Below, piece after piece: positions 1-8,793 of a stretch of DNA of 64,000 nucleotides. Positions within the stretch are counted from its first letter, which is position 1. Each line of letters begins with the position of its first letter. The notes beneath the pieces are model-generated. The model worked only from the letters and a program-made list of their open reading frames with translations. It was not told the origin of the DNA and did no database searches. Origin of the DNA: Peribolospora baueri (lineage: Eukaryota); contig JAMDHS010000003.1 in NCBI GenBank assembly GCA_029717555.1, forward strand, positions 248,001 through 312,000, given 5' to 3'. A program made the position numbers and the translations under genes.

Positions 1-615
1 TCTGCCTCTCCCATCTCCTCTCTAACGTGGGCGATGCTAGCTTTGCCAGGGAGGCTCGTGAAGAGCATGGCAGCAGTACGGGACAGAAGAGATCGCATAT
101 TGCTTTGCGTGGGAATGCTGACGATGGAATGAGACCCCCTCATGTCTTTTCTCCAAAGTCCCTGTCATCCCCGTTTGTCCAGCCGCGCGTCCATCCAGTT
201 CTCCAGGTCCTGGGCTTTGAAAATTGTTTGTCGCCGGTCGAGCTGGGTGCGTTTTGCTATGTTTTCACGTTGTCGCCGTTTGGGCAGCGCGTCGGGCAGT
301 TCGACCAGGATCGCGCTGGCGCACGTATAAAGTCAGGGTCCAGTCCGATCCCTTTCAAGCACGCTTCTCACACGACCCATCCACTCCCCTTTCCCTTCCT
401 CGGGTCTTTTCTCTTTCTTGTTCCTATTCCCCCTTTCGCTTGCTCTTTTTACTTTCCTTCCTGGTAGCGCGCACAGCCGTCACGCTCGAGGGGAAACCAA
501 CTTCGCTTTAAAACTCGTTGCACTTGGGCCTACCGCTTGGCCGCTTCGACTGAGCTTTCTCGCCTAAAGCCGATTTGCTTCTGTGCAGCCAGTTTCTTCA
601 AGGGACCCACCGATC

Positions 616-1954
616 ATGTCATTCCAGAGGGTACAAGCGGGTGCTCTCCGTCAGCCCACGAGGCGCCGGCTGGTATCCTTGGGTCCTTGCCCAGACCACG
701 CCCCCGACGTCCCGCCCGGGGGGTTTGTTGCCCACCAACCAACAGAAGCAACGCGGCCGCTGCCTTTACTTCCAATCGAGCTCAAACTCAAGATATTCGA
801 ATACGCCGCAAGCATCAACTCGCAGACTGCGTTGAACGTTGCGCTCGTCGCGCACTGGACGACCGAAGTGGCCCTCCAAGAGATGTACCGCAGGGTCGTC
901 TTGCAGTCGACGTCCCAGTACCTCCGCTTCAGTTACCTTTGTAAAGTGGCACGCTGGAGAGAGGTAGATCACAGGACGGCATCGCGACAGGAATTGTTCG
1001 ACAAGCTGCGTTGGTTCCAAGAGAGCTCATCATGGGAGGAGTGGTGTCAGTTCTTGGAAGATGGCGGCAGGCAACGACGTCGCGAACGGGCGTTCAGAGT
1101 CCGAGCGAGGAAGCTCCTCGACCAGATCGAGGAGCTGGTGCTGCTGCCGGTTAGGAAGGGAGAAGTTTTAATTCCTCACAATACTCCCACCCTTTATATG
1201 CTCAGAGACATCTTCGCCACTGTGAGTCGTTGCTCCCTCTCCTTGGACACGCTTTAGAAAACAAATTTTGCTCGCATTCTAACGTTCCCCTTTCTTGATC
1301 ATGCGACGACAGTGTGTCCCCAAAAAGGGCCTCGTCTCTATTCCCTTCAACAACTTCTATACCGGTGGAATAGTTTGGGCTGGCGGCCTGGTTGCCGAAT
1401 CGACTGCCGATTCGCTTGCCGCGGCCGAACGATGGCGCGGACCTGCCTTTATCACCCTCGCAGGTCCGGTCTACGACCTTCATCCTTGGACGAGGGACAT
1501 GACCCATCTGCACCTCGCCGTGATGAGCTGGCCCTGCACAACAAGGAGCATGTTTTTCTACCCCACGAAGTTGACGCACTTGGCTTTTGGCGATGCTTTC
1601 GCCTTTTCCAATCGCCAATCTCTCCAAGGCGTCATGGATATGGTCATCACCTCAGCTATTACCTTGCTTACGGACCGCAGGATGTTTGCGCGCCGGCTGC
1701 ATGTCCTCTTGTTCACATTTCCCCGCGATGCTTTCTATCTAAAGGCGGACCCCGCCCGCATCGTCGCACTCGACTCGGCCCTACGATCGGCCCTGCGGGA
1801 GACCAGGAACACGCTGGAGATAAGGTACGTCGAGCTACCTTGCGCGAGGGAGGACATCCTCACCTGGACCGCCCAGGAAGACGTCGAGGCCATATGGAGG
1901 CTGCCGACGGCGCCGTTCATTCAAGCCGCGCTCAACAGCGCTCATGCCGCATAG
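616..1954 (+). CDS. F-box-like domain protein (basidiomycete-type), 2 exons
   Basis: join(616..1221,1313..1954). The phase-0 intron has GTGAGT at 1222, CTAAC at 1279 and CAG ending 1312, and joins ORFs 583..1257 and 1295..1954 in frame. N-terminal LPIELKLKIFEYAA...VALVAHW...MYRRVVL resembles F-box-like motifs; LTHLAF occurs later. TATAAA at 326-331. Confidence 0.6.
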
Positions 1955-2125
1955 GGCCCTCACATCACATCCTTTCGCCGAATCTCAGTCGTCTATTGGT
2001 TTTCGAACCCAAATCGCCTCTTTCCGGAGACTTCATGTTCTCCCGCCGCATATGCATTTGCTTGCCATCCCATGCCACCGTCCACTTTTTTCACGTGCTT
2101 TCGATTTCCGATCCGCTTCGTCGTC

Positions 2126-2326
2126 CTCCAGTCCAGCATTGTATCGCTAGCCCGACCAAGGGGCGTCATCGTGTCCTGTGTTTCCCTGTTCGCTGCCGTC
2201 GTCGTTCGTCGTCTCTCTCCAGTCCAGCTTTGTCTCGCTGTCTCGCTAGCCCGTCCAAGGGCGTCGTCGTGTCCTGTGCTTTTTCCCTGTTCGCTGCCGC
2301 CGTCGTTGTCGTCATCTCCCTCCAGT
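2126..2326. repeat. Degenerate tandem duplication (units about 91 and 103 bp plus a partial third)
   Basis: Units begin CTCCAGT at 2126, 2217 and 2320. They share the core CGCTAGCCCG(A/T)CCAAGGG..CGTGTCCTGTG..TTCCCTGTTCGCTGCCG. Confidence 0.8.
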
Positions 2327-2666
2327 TGAATGAACGTGCATCGATTTGACCGAAAATGGCGTCCTTGTATCGCAGTTTGCCATGCCTACAACCGGCGCCT
2401 GGACCCGTCGAAGAGATGTCAGCGAGAGAGAGAGAGTGCGTGTGTGTGGGTGTGGGTGCCTGTCCGAGCCAGGGTAAACAAAGCGATCGTTTTCCCAGCA
2501 GACATCTAATTCAATGAGGACCAAATAAGTACACCTCGATTTGGGAACGGCGCAAGACCACTCCCCGCACCGACGACCGCTGGCGAACGAAGGCTAAGCT
2601 GGGCGCCAGGGCGTCCTGAAAGCGGACAAACGACGCTCGAACCCGAGGTCGGCTCCTAGTCGCTGT

Positions 2667-4034
2667 TTATTCGTTCGGGAGCACTTTCTGCAACCACTCT
2701 GTGAGGTGTTGGATCTCCTCGTCGCATGCGCCTGGCAACGGAGGAGGGAGGGGGAGGGGGGAAAGTTAGATATCACGACAAACGCGGAACGCGTGAGGCA
2801 CCAGCCGCCGCCAGCGGTGCCGAATACGAAGAGGAAAAGACGCACTGTGAGGCATGTTCTTGTAAGATTCGAAGCGCACGTCCTGCACGCCGAGCTCGGC
2901 TTTGATGAAGGCGACGGACCTGGAGCCGTATTGGTACTGTACTACGGGGTCGGAGGTGCCGTGGCCCCAGAACACGGGGATGGAAGTGAAGTGCGGGGTG
3001 CGCATCTGATGAGAAGTCGGAAAAAAAGAACAAGAAGAATCTCAGCAGCCGACCGGGTCGTCCGTCCGCCACCTGACCCTTGCCCGAACACGAGCACAGG
3101 GGACGGTTCGACTCACGGCGACGGCCTTGGCCCGAAGAGGCATCCAGCTCGACAAGATGGCGAGTCCAGCTAGCTTTGTGGGTGCCGTGAGAGCCGCAAG
3201 AATGGAGATGACGCCTCCCTGGAGGAATGGAGCCAAAGGATAGGTTCGAAAAAAGGTAGGATGAAATGGGTTGTCAGTCAGTTAGGTTCGCCGCAGATAC
3301 ATGGCTCTGACCCTTCAGCAGACGCTGGCGAGCCCCGGAACGAGGGGCTAGCAAGGTCTGCTCACCTGGCTAAACCCTCCCACGATGATCCTCTCCCCTG
3401 GAATGCCACTGTCAATCTCGCGCTGCACGAGCGCCTGGATGCCTCTGGCCGATTGGAGCATGCCTTGCTCGTCTTCGGCGCCCTCGACGTCGCTTAGAGA
3501 GGCGATGTCGAACCAGGAGGGCATGGACAAGCCTGTCCTCCGCAGGGCGAGCGTGAGCCAGCGAGACGAGACGGATGGGAACGAGGTGAAATAGATAAGG
3601 ATGGAAAAAAAGAGAAGGCGAACGACGCTTGTGAGTTGAGCAGGAGATGACCCATCATGGACATGGCGGCCCAAGGCGAGGGCCGCTTGGGTTCGTCATC
3701 GCCAGGCGAGCTCCGACGAGTAGCTAGGCGGTCCAGCTCTCTCTTCTCTATCACGACATACGTCGTACGTAGTCCGGGCTCTTCGCGCTCGGCGTGCCCG
3801 TCCCGGCCAGCTCAGCTCGACTCGCTCACCTCCATTCAGAGTGACAGGCGCGGAAGGGGCATGAGGGAGGACCCACTTGACGCTGGGGAAACTGCTCGAT
3901 AGCTGCTTCGCCACGGGTAGCCAGCCGTGGCCGGTGTCTCCGAGGCCGTGGGCGAAGATGACGGAGGCAGTGTGCTTGGCCCTGGGCTGGACGACGAGCG
4001 ACTTGAAGTGCGGCGCGAGGGATGAGGCTGCCAT
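2667..4034 (-). CDS. APT1: Acyl-protein thioesterase 1 / lysophospholipase (alpha/beta hydrolase), 5 exons
   Basis: Motifs in order: IFAHGLGDTG, PHAP..PVTLNGG, MPSWFDI, GGFSQ|GG (nucleophile elbow), FWGHGTSDPVV, MPHSA. The last exon reads CDEEIQHLTEWLQKVLPNE* with the stop at 2667-2669. Confidence 0.92.
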
Positions 4035-4445
4035 GGTGCGCGGTGGGGGTGGTGGTGAAGGTCCGACGAGGTGGTGACAGACGTGATCGACGTCGACGGG
4101 GTTATACCGTCCTCGTGCAGTACCGTTTATAAGAGACTTCTAGGATTCCGACATGCGCCCGCCTCGACGGCTATGGAGAGCGTCAGTCACGGCTTTGTGG
4201 ACAGCCTCTAAAGACGTAATCGAGGCTCGCGACGAGGAGGCCACGGTGGTGGTCGTTGATCACCAGAGACGACTACGCGCAGGTACATACATACAATTCG
4301 TTCCTCAGAGGCAACAAACAGTGCAGAAGTCGTGGGGAGTGGGTGGGACTGATTGATTGATTGATTGATTAGTCCGTTTCAAGTTCTTATATACAGGCCT
4401 GGTGTAGAAAAATACAACCTCCGAGACGGGGAAATCAAAAATGAT

Positions 4446-4545
4446 TGCCGTCGCCCGGAATCGAACCGGGGTTTTAACCGCACTCCACCAGGTCACTGGA
4501 CTGATGTATGTGAAGATTACGTCATAACCTCTAAACCACGATGGC
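4446..4545 (-). tRNA. tRNA-Val(CAC) with 28-nt intron (4481-4508)
   Basis: The minus strand folds as GCCATCG TG GTTT AGAGGTTA TGAC G TAATC TT CAC A [28-nt intron] C GGTTA AAAC CCCGG TTCGATT CCGGG CGACGGC A. The mature length is 72 nt, the intron is at the canonical 37/38 position, and a T5 Pol III terminator lies just downstream. Confidence 0.88.
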
Positions 4546-4867
4546 GCGTGGGTGAGACACGTGTTGCGCGTCGCCGGCCATGCCGCAGCAAGCAGCGACC
4601 GCAGCGTTGTACGACGATTAAAGGCGCGAGGCGCAATGCAGACTGACGACGGTCGAGGCGGCGAAGGTCACGGGCGGCGGGAACGACGTCGAGGGATGCG
4701 CCGGTGGAGCCGAACGGCCCTGGAGAGCGGATGGGGAGCGGATGGGAAGACTCGACGTCCTTCGTAGTGCACCCACTCCGCGCATCGTCATCTCCCTCGG
4801 ACACGCCGAGCTCTCGAACCGGGCCTATGTGAGGAATCGCTCTCGCTCCGTCTCATGCTGACGGCGA

Positions 4868-5704
4868 TCACGGGGACGCATCCCCTTCCCTTTCCTCGCC
4901 CTCACCTTGCCCGTCCGCCGGCCGTCTGGAGGCCCAAAAACCCTTCCCGTAAGATACACAAAGCTCCTCTCCCTTCTGCACCTCTCGCGAGCCTGTCCAC
5001 ACCCCGATGCCTCTTCTCCGAACCGGGGGCGCCGAAGAAGGAGGAGAGAAAGGAGGCGCAGAGGGGCGGACGATGGTGTACTCCCAGTCTCCGAAGACGC
5101 AATTCGGGCGGGGCAAGATGCCACGGTAGTCGTTGATCATCCGCGCTTCGTTCCCCGCCGACGCCGCGTCCACGCCGAGCCTCACACGATCACCGCCGAC
5201 GGCTGCAGCCGTCGGCGTCCCCACATCGTCCCCATCCGAGGATGAGGACGAGGACCCGAGGCCAAGGTCGTAGTCCGACCGCTCGTCCGCCTCCTCTTGC
5301 GTGTGCACGACGCCGAAGTAGGGCAGCAAGAAGGTGCGCGGGGGAATGCGCCGCGTCGCGAAGAGACCGTACTGACCCAGCGCTGGGTGGGAGGGCGACG
5401 CGACGATCTGGCGAATGCGGACGAGCGGGTAAGGCGGGGAGAGGGAAGCGTGATCAAAAGGGTGCGCTGCGGAAGTGATGGGGATGACGGCGAGGTGGGA
5501 GGAAGAAGACGGCGTGGGAGAACAGAAGATGTCTTGGAGGGGTTTGGGGAGGCCGGGAGACGGGACGCAGGAGGCGAGGTAGCGCACGTTCGGAGGCCAG
5601 CCTGGAGGGGTCGTCGTCGTTCTTGCTCTGGCCTTGGCTTGGCCCTTCCCCTTGTCGACGCTATCCGAGTCCTTCCTCTTGCCGCCCTTGCCCATCTTCT
5701 TCAT
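4868..5704 (-). CDS. Small SET-domain lysine methyltransferase-like protein, intronless
   Basis: GQYGLFATRRIP, GNEARMINDYRG..PNCVF and GEELCVSYGKGFW are SET motifs. The first ATG is at 5704 (MKKMGKGG). Confidence 0.85.
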   Translation of the reverse strand: MKKMGKGGKRKDSDSVDKGKGQAKARARTTTTPPGWPPNVRYLASCVPSPGLPKPLQDIFCSPTPSSSSHLAVIPITSAAHPFDHASLSPPYPLVRIRQIVASPSHPALGQYGLFATRRIPPRTFLLPYFGVVHTQEEADERSDYDLGLGSSSSSSDGDDVGTPTAAAVGGDRVRLGVDAASAGNEARMINDYRGILPRPNCVFGDWEYTIVRPSAPPFSPPSSAPPVRRRGIGVWTGSREVQKGEELCVSYGKGFWASRRPADGQGEGEEREGDASP

Positions 5705-5806
5705 GACCGCCGCGCCCTTTTCATCATCTTGGCATCTGCCTCGAAAGATCCGTGCGGGTGGGTGGTAAAGCCTTCTCGACGTGCGTGCGCACGTGAACGA
5801 CAAGTG

Positions 5807-6018
5807 TGTTGGAGATTGGCGGCGACGAGTACCGTGGTTATGCGGCGGAAAGCGGACATGACTATGTAGACGGCTGCGCCGTTATTGCGGTTTTCCTCAG
5901 CCCCTTTTCCTCTTCCTCTCGGGGCCTCATCTTTGTATGCTACGATCATCATCGACAATCATACAGAACCAGTAAGGTCGACCCCCGTCCATCCCCGTAA
6001 GTTCAACTATTGATCACA
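5807..6018 (+). repeat. Putative copia 5' LTR (212 bp, single copy in the window)
   Basis: TGTTGG...TCACA termini, immediately followed by the PBS. No second copy is present to confirm it. Confidence 0.7.
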
Positions 6019-6022
6019 GGTT

Positions 6023-6859
6023 ATGAACCCAGCCTCGACTTCAAGGGTTGGGAAGAGGGCCGAGACGTCTCAACCGGAAAGAGGCGATTCTGAGCCAGAT
6101 GCGCCAAAGCTAGGGTCGGGTAAGCCGTCCCGGAGGCAGGCCAAGGTTGCCAACATGGTCAAGGGTATCAAGGACAATGCTGCTGTCGCTTGGAAGGGAG
6201 TTCTGAAGTTAAACTCCACGAATTACATCGGATGGAGAAGGAAAATGATGAACATCCTGGAGTCGACAGGGCTCTGGTTCTTCGTCGACCCAAGCGAGCC
6301 CGATATCGACATGGAGGAGGCGGTCAGCTACCACTCCGACTGGATCAAGATGGACGACGCGCAAGAAGCCCTTCGGCGGGCTCTTGCCGCCAGGATGACC
6401 ATCACCGACACGCTCGAGAGGACTCAGTTGAGTCAAATCAACGAGCGAAGATCGGCAAAGCAACTGTGGTTGGACCTGGAGGAGATCCACGCTGCCAAGT
6501 CCAAGACAGCAAGGTTCAACTTGCGCACACAGTTGGACAGCACGCATTCTGAGCCCGGAGAGCCCATGGATGCCTTCTTTACTCGCACGAGGAGCATCTG
6601 CGTGAAATCCTCGTCTGTCAACGTTCCTCCGGCCTCGCAGAGGTTATCTTGCAAGTCCATCATGCGAGTAAAGAAGGCATCCATGGGCTCTCCGGGTTCA
6701 GAATGCGTGCTGTCCAACTGTGTGCGCAAGTTGAACCTTGCTGTCTTGGACTTGTCAGCGTGGATCTCCTCCAAAGTGTCGTGCCACGTGGGAAAATGGA
6801 AAAGCGTGGGCGGAGAATCAGCGGTGGAAGATGAAAAAATAAAAAATAAAAAAAAATAA
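6023..6859 (+). CDS. gag: Truncated copia Gag (Retrotran_gag_2/UBN2-like) with an antisense-derived C-terminal tail
   Basis: KLNSTNYIGWRRKMMNILESTGLW..., SAKQLWLDLEEIH and GEPMDAFFTR are Gag-like. The native continuation MMDLQDNLCEAGGTLTDEDFTQMLL is on the minus strand (6662-6588). No zinc knuckle or pol is present. Confidence 0.75.
   Translation: MNPASTSRVGKRAETSQPERGDSEPDAPKLGSGKPSRRQAKVANMVKGIKDNAAVAWKGVLKLNSTNYIGWRRKMMNILESTGLWFFVDPSEPDIDMEEAVSYHSDWIKMDDAQEALRRALAARMTITDTLERTQLSQINERRSAKQLWLDLEEIHAAKSKTARFNLRTQLDSTHSEPGEPMDAFFTRTRSICVKSSSVNVPPASQRLSCKSIMRVKKASMGSPGSECVLSNCVRKLNLAVLDLSAWISSKVSCHVGKWKSVGGESAVEDEKIKNKKK
6477..6773. repeat. Inverted repeat: 111-bp arms (6477-6587 and 6663-6773), 75-nt loop
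   Basis: The arms are reverse complements with 2 mismatches (GCTGCCAAG vs GCTGACAAG; TCTGAGCCC vs TCTGAACCC). Confidence 0.97.
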
Positions 6860-6877
6860 AAAAAAAAAAAAAAAAAA
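6834..6877 (+). repeat. Poly(dA) tract (44 nt, interrupted by three T)
   Basis: Seen directly. It contains several AATAAA and lies outside the TSD-bounded element. Confidence 0.95.
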
Positions 6878-6979
6878 GGAGAAAAGGGACTTCAACGAGA
6901 GAAAAAACAGTCTTCAACGGGGAGGGAAACGCGTACTCGATGTGAGCAGCCGGCGCCAAAGTCGTGCCAATCTCAATTC

Positions 6980-7285
6980 GAGGGCGAGAAGCGTTTGTAG
7001 GTAAAGAAAGCCGACTTGCCGTGCTCTTGTGCTTAGCGTCGTTGTAGGCAAACGGCGATTATGCCAACCCGACGGGCGTTCGCTGAGGTACCTTTCTGAC
7101 GTGATCTCCGTGTCCTACGTGGCTGCTCGAGAAGAGTAGGAGGCCGTCGAGGCAGATGATAACGAAGACGTCGACCATACCGCTGAAGTGGTTATCCACA
7201 AAGCTATGGAACGAAGCTGGAGCGTTGCAAAGCCAAAGGATCGAAGCAGATGATAGGCGTATTGCAAGTTGATCTTTTTAAGAAG
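6980..7285 (-). pseudogene. Decayed Ty3/gypsy pol relic (RT fragments fused to an integrase fragment)
   Basis: Minus-strand translation across frameshifts gives KINLQYAYHLLR / SFG-CNAPASFHSFVDNHFSGMVDVFVIICLDGLLLFSSSHVGHGDHVRKV, which is RT with YLDD decayed to CLDG. It then gives FAYNDAKHKST-KSAFFTYKRFSP, the integrase FAYN..H.STG.SPF motif. Confidence 0.75.
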
Positions 7286-7809
7286 ATCTCTGCCCAGAAA
7301 GAAGAAAGGGGAGAAAGGAAAAGACGCGGGGGTGAGCCTTGCCTTCGATGTAGGGACATTTGCGGCACAAGATTCTGGGCACCCCCTGAGTTGGAAAGCG
7401 ATACGGCGGTGGAATGGAAGTGCACGCTGGAATGGAAGTGTACGCTGTCTACCTTTTTTCCTACTGGGCTCAAGGTGAGGCGCGGGAGGTGTGGATGAGA
7501 ACGTGGGCCGTCTCGTCCACCTCGCCCTGCCCCGTCTTGCTTCGCGTCCCCGCCCCCGCATGCGCCGATCTTCTGCGCCGACTTTGCGGGCAGCCGCTTG
7601 TTTGCATGATTGCTTGCTTGCTTTCTTGCTTGCACCTCACCTCACCTTTCGCGTGACAGCCGACAGTCGACAGTCGACAAACAGAAAAAAAAAGCCAGTC
7701 GCTCTTTCATCCCTTCCTTCTCCCCCCACCGCCGCCTCTCTTCTCCCCTCCCAGCCGGCTCCCCTCCGCGCCCTCTTCTCCCCTTCCCTCCTCTTCGTGC
7801 GTTCCCCGC

Positions 7810-8396
7810 ATGCTCCTTCGGTGCTCCTCCTGGACGGGCGTCCCCCACGCCCTCCTCCTCCTCTGTCTTTTCGCTCTCTTCAGCCTTCGACCGGGGGTCG
7901 CTCAGAGTGAGTGGAGTGGAGTGGGGTGGAGTGGAGAGGAGAGGAGCGGAGTGGGCAGATTGGGGGAGAGCGACGAGACGACGGCCTTGCGGGCTGGCAA
8001 GCCGCGCTCGTTGCGAAGACAAAGATTGCCATTTCTCATATCTCACATCTTCCTCTTCTCTCGCCCTCGCCCTCGCCCCCAGGCGGGTCCGCAACGCCCG
8101 CTCCGACGACCATCGCCATCGCCAGCGCCAACACCGTCACCGCCTCGCCCATGCCCACCTCCTCCGCGTCCCCCGACGACCCGCACGTCGGCGTCTGGAC
8201 CACGAACACCGGCTCGCCCACCTGGACCGCCTCGGGCTACGACGGCACCGTCACCCACTACCAAGGCATCAACGCCGCCGCCGCGCCGCCTCGCCTGCTC
8301 GACCTCCGCCCGACGACGCCCTCGTCGCTGTTCCCCCTCTCCGCCTCCATCTGCCTCCTCTTCGTTTCGGCCCTCTTCGGCGCTCTCCTCCTCTGA
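7810..8396 (+). CDS. Small secreted Ser/Thr-rich, probably GPI-anchored protein, 2 exons
   Basis: join(7810..7906,8083..8396) is in frame. It has a hydrophobic signal peptide (LLLLCLFALFSLRPGVAQ), an S/T/P-rich body and a hydrophobic C-terminus (ICLLFVSALFGALLL*). Confidence 0.72.
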
Positions 8397-8793
8397 TCGG
8401 ATCCCCCTGCCCTCCTTCTTTCCTCTCCACCATCCCTCCCTCCGTCTTTCCCCTCCTTCATTTCATACTCCCGCTACGCTCCCTCGCATTCGTCTCCTTT
8501 ATTTTATCCTTTCGGGCTATCGTCGCGCCATCGTCGCGACGTGGAATATCTATCATATCCACCTGCACCACCTCTCCCTTTCCCAAATACGCTCGTCCCC
8601 GTCTTCCCGGCGAGCCATGTGTGCATGTGCACGGCCCCCGGCGCTTCAAAGACGCACGCCGACCAACGGTGTGGACACGAATAACCTGAGCTTGCAAAAT
8701 GGGAAAAGGAAGGAGGATTGGCCGGAACGGAGTGGATACAACGATCACGGAATACGGGTACAAAAGGGCTTAGACCGAAGAAATGGAAGCATC

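Larger units (their letters stand above)
5807..6773 (+). mobile_element. Rearranged non-autonomous Ty1/copia LTR-retrotransposon derivative (LTR + PBS + truncated gag + inverted gag copy)
   Basis: Starts TGTTGGA and ends CA, flanked by AAGTG at 5802-5806 and 6774-6778. PBS GGTTATGAACCCAG at 6019-6032. The translation is copia Gag-like. Confidence 0.85.

Noticed and set aside
4511..4513. TCA (opal suppressor/Sec) anticodon reading of the tRNA
   Set aside because: The stem register TAATC/GGTTA places CAC at positions 34-36, so TCA is off by one. There is no long variable arm.
6834..6877. A-tract as the poly(A) tail of a retroposed insert
   Set aside because: It lies outside the AAGTG TSD, so it is more likely a native promoter poly(dA:dT) tract.
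7155..7190. C/D-box snoRNA-like ATGATAA...CTGA
   Set aside because: Box C is imperfect and the segment is explained as the antisense strand of the gypsy RT relic.
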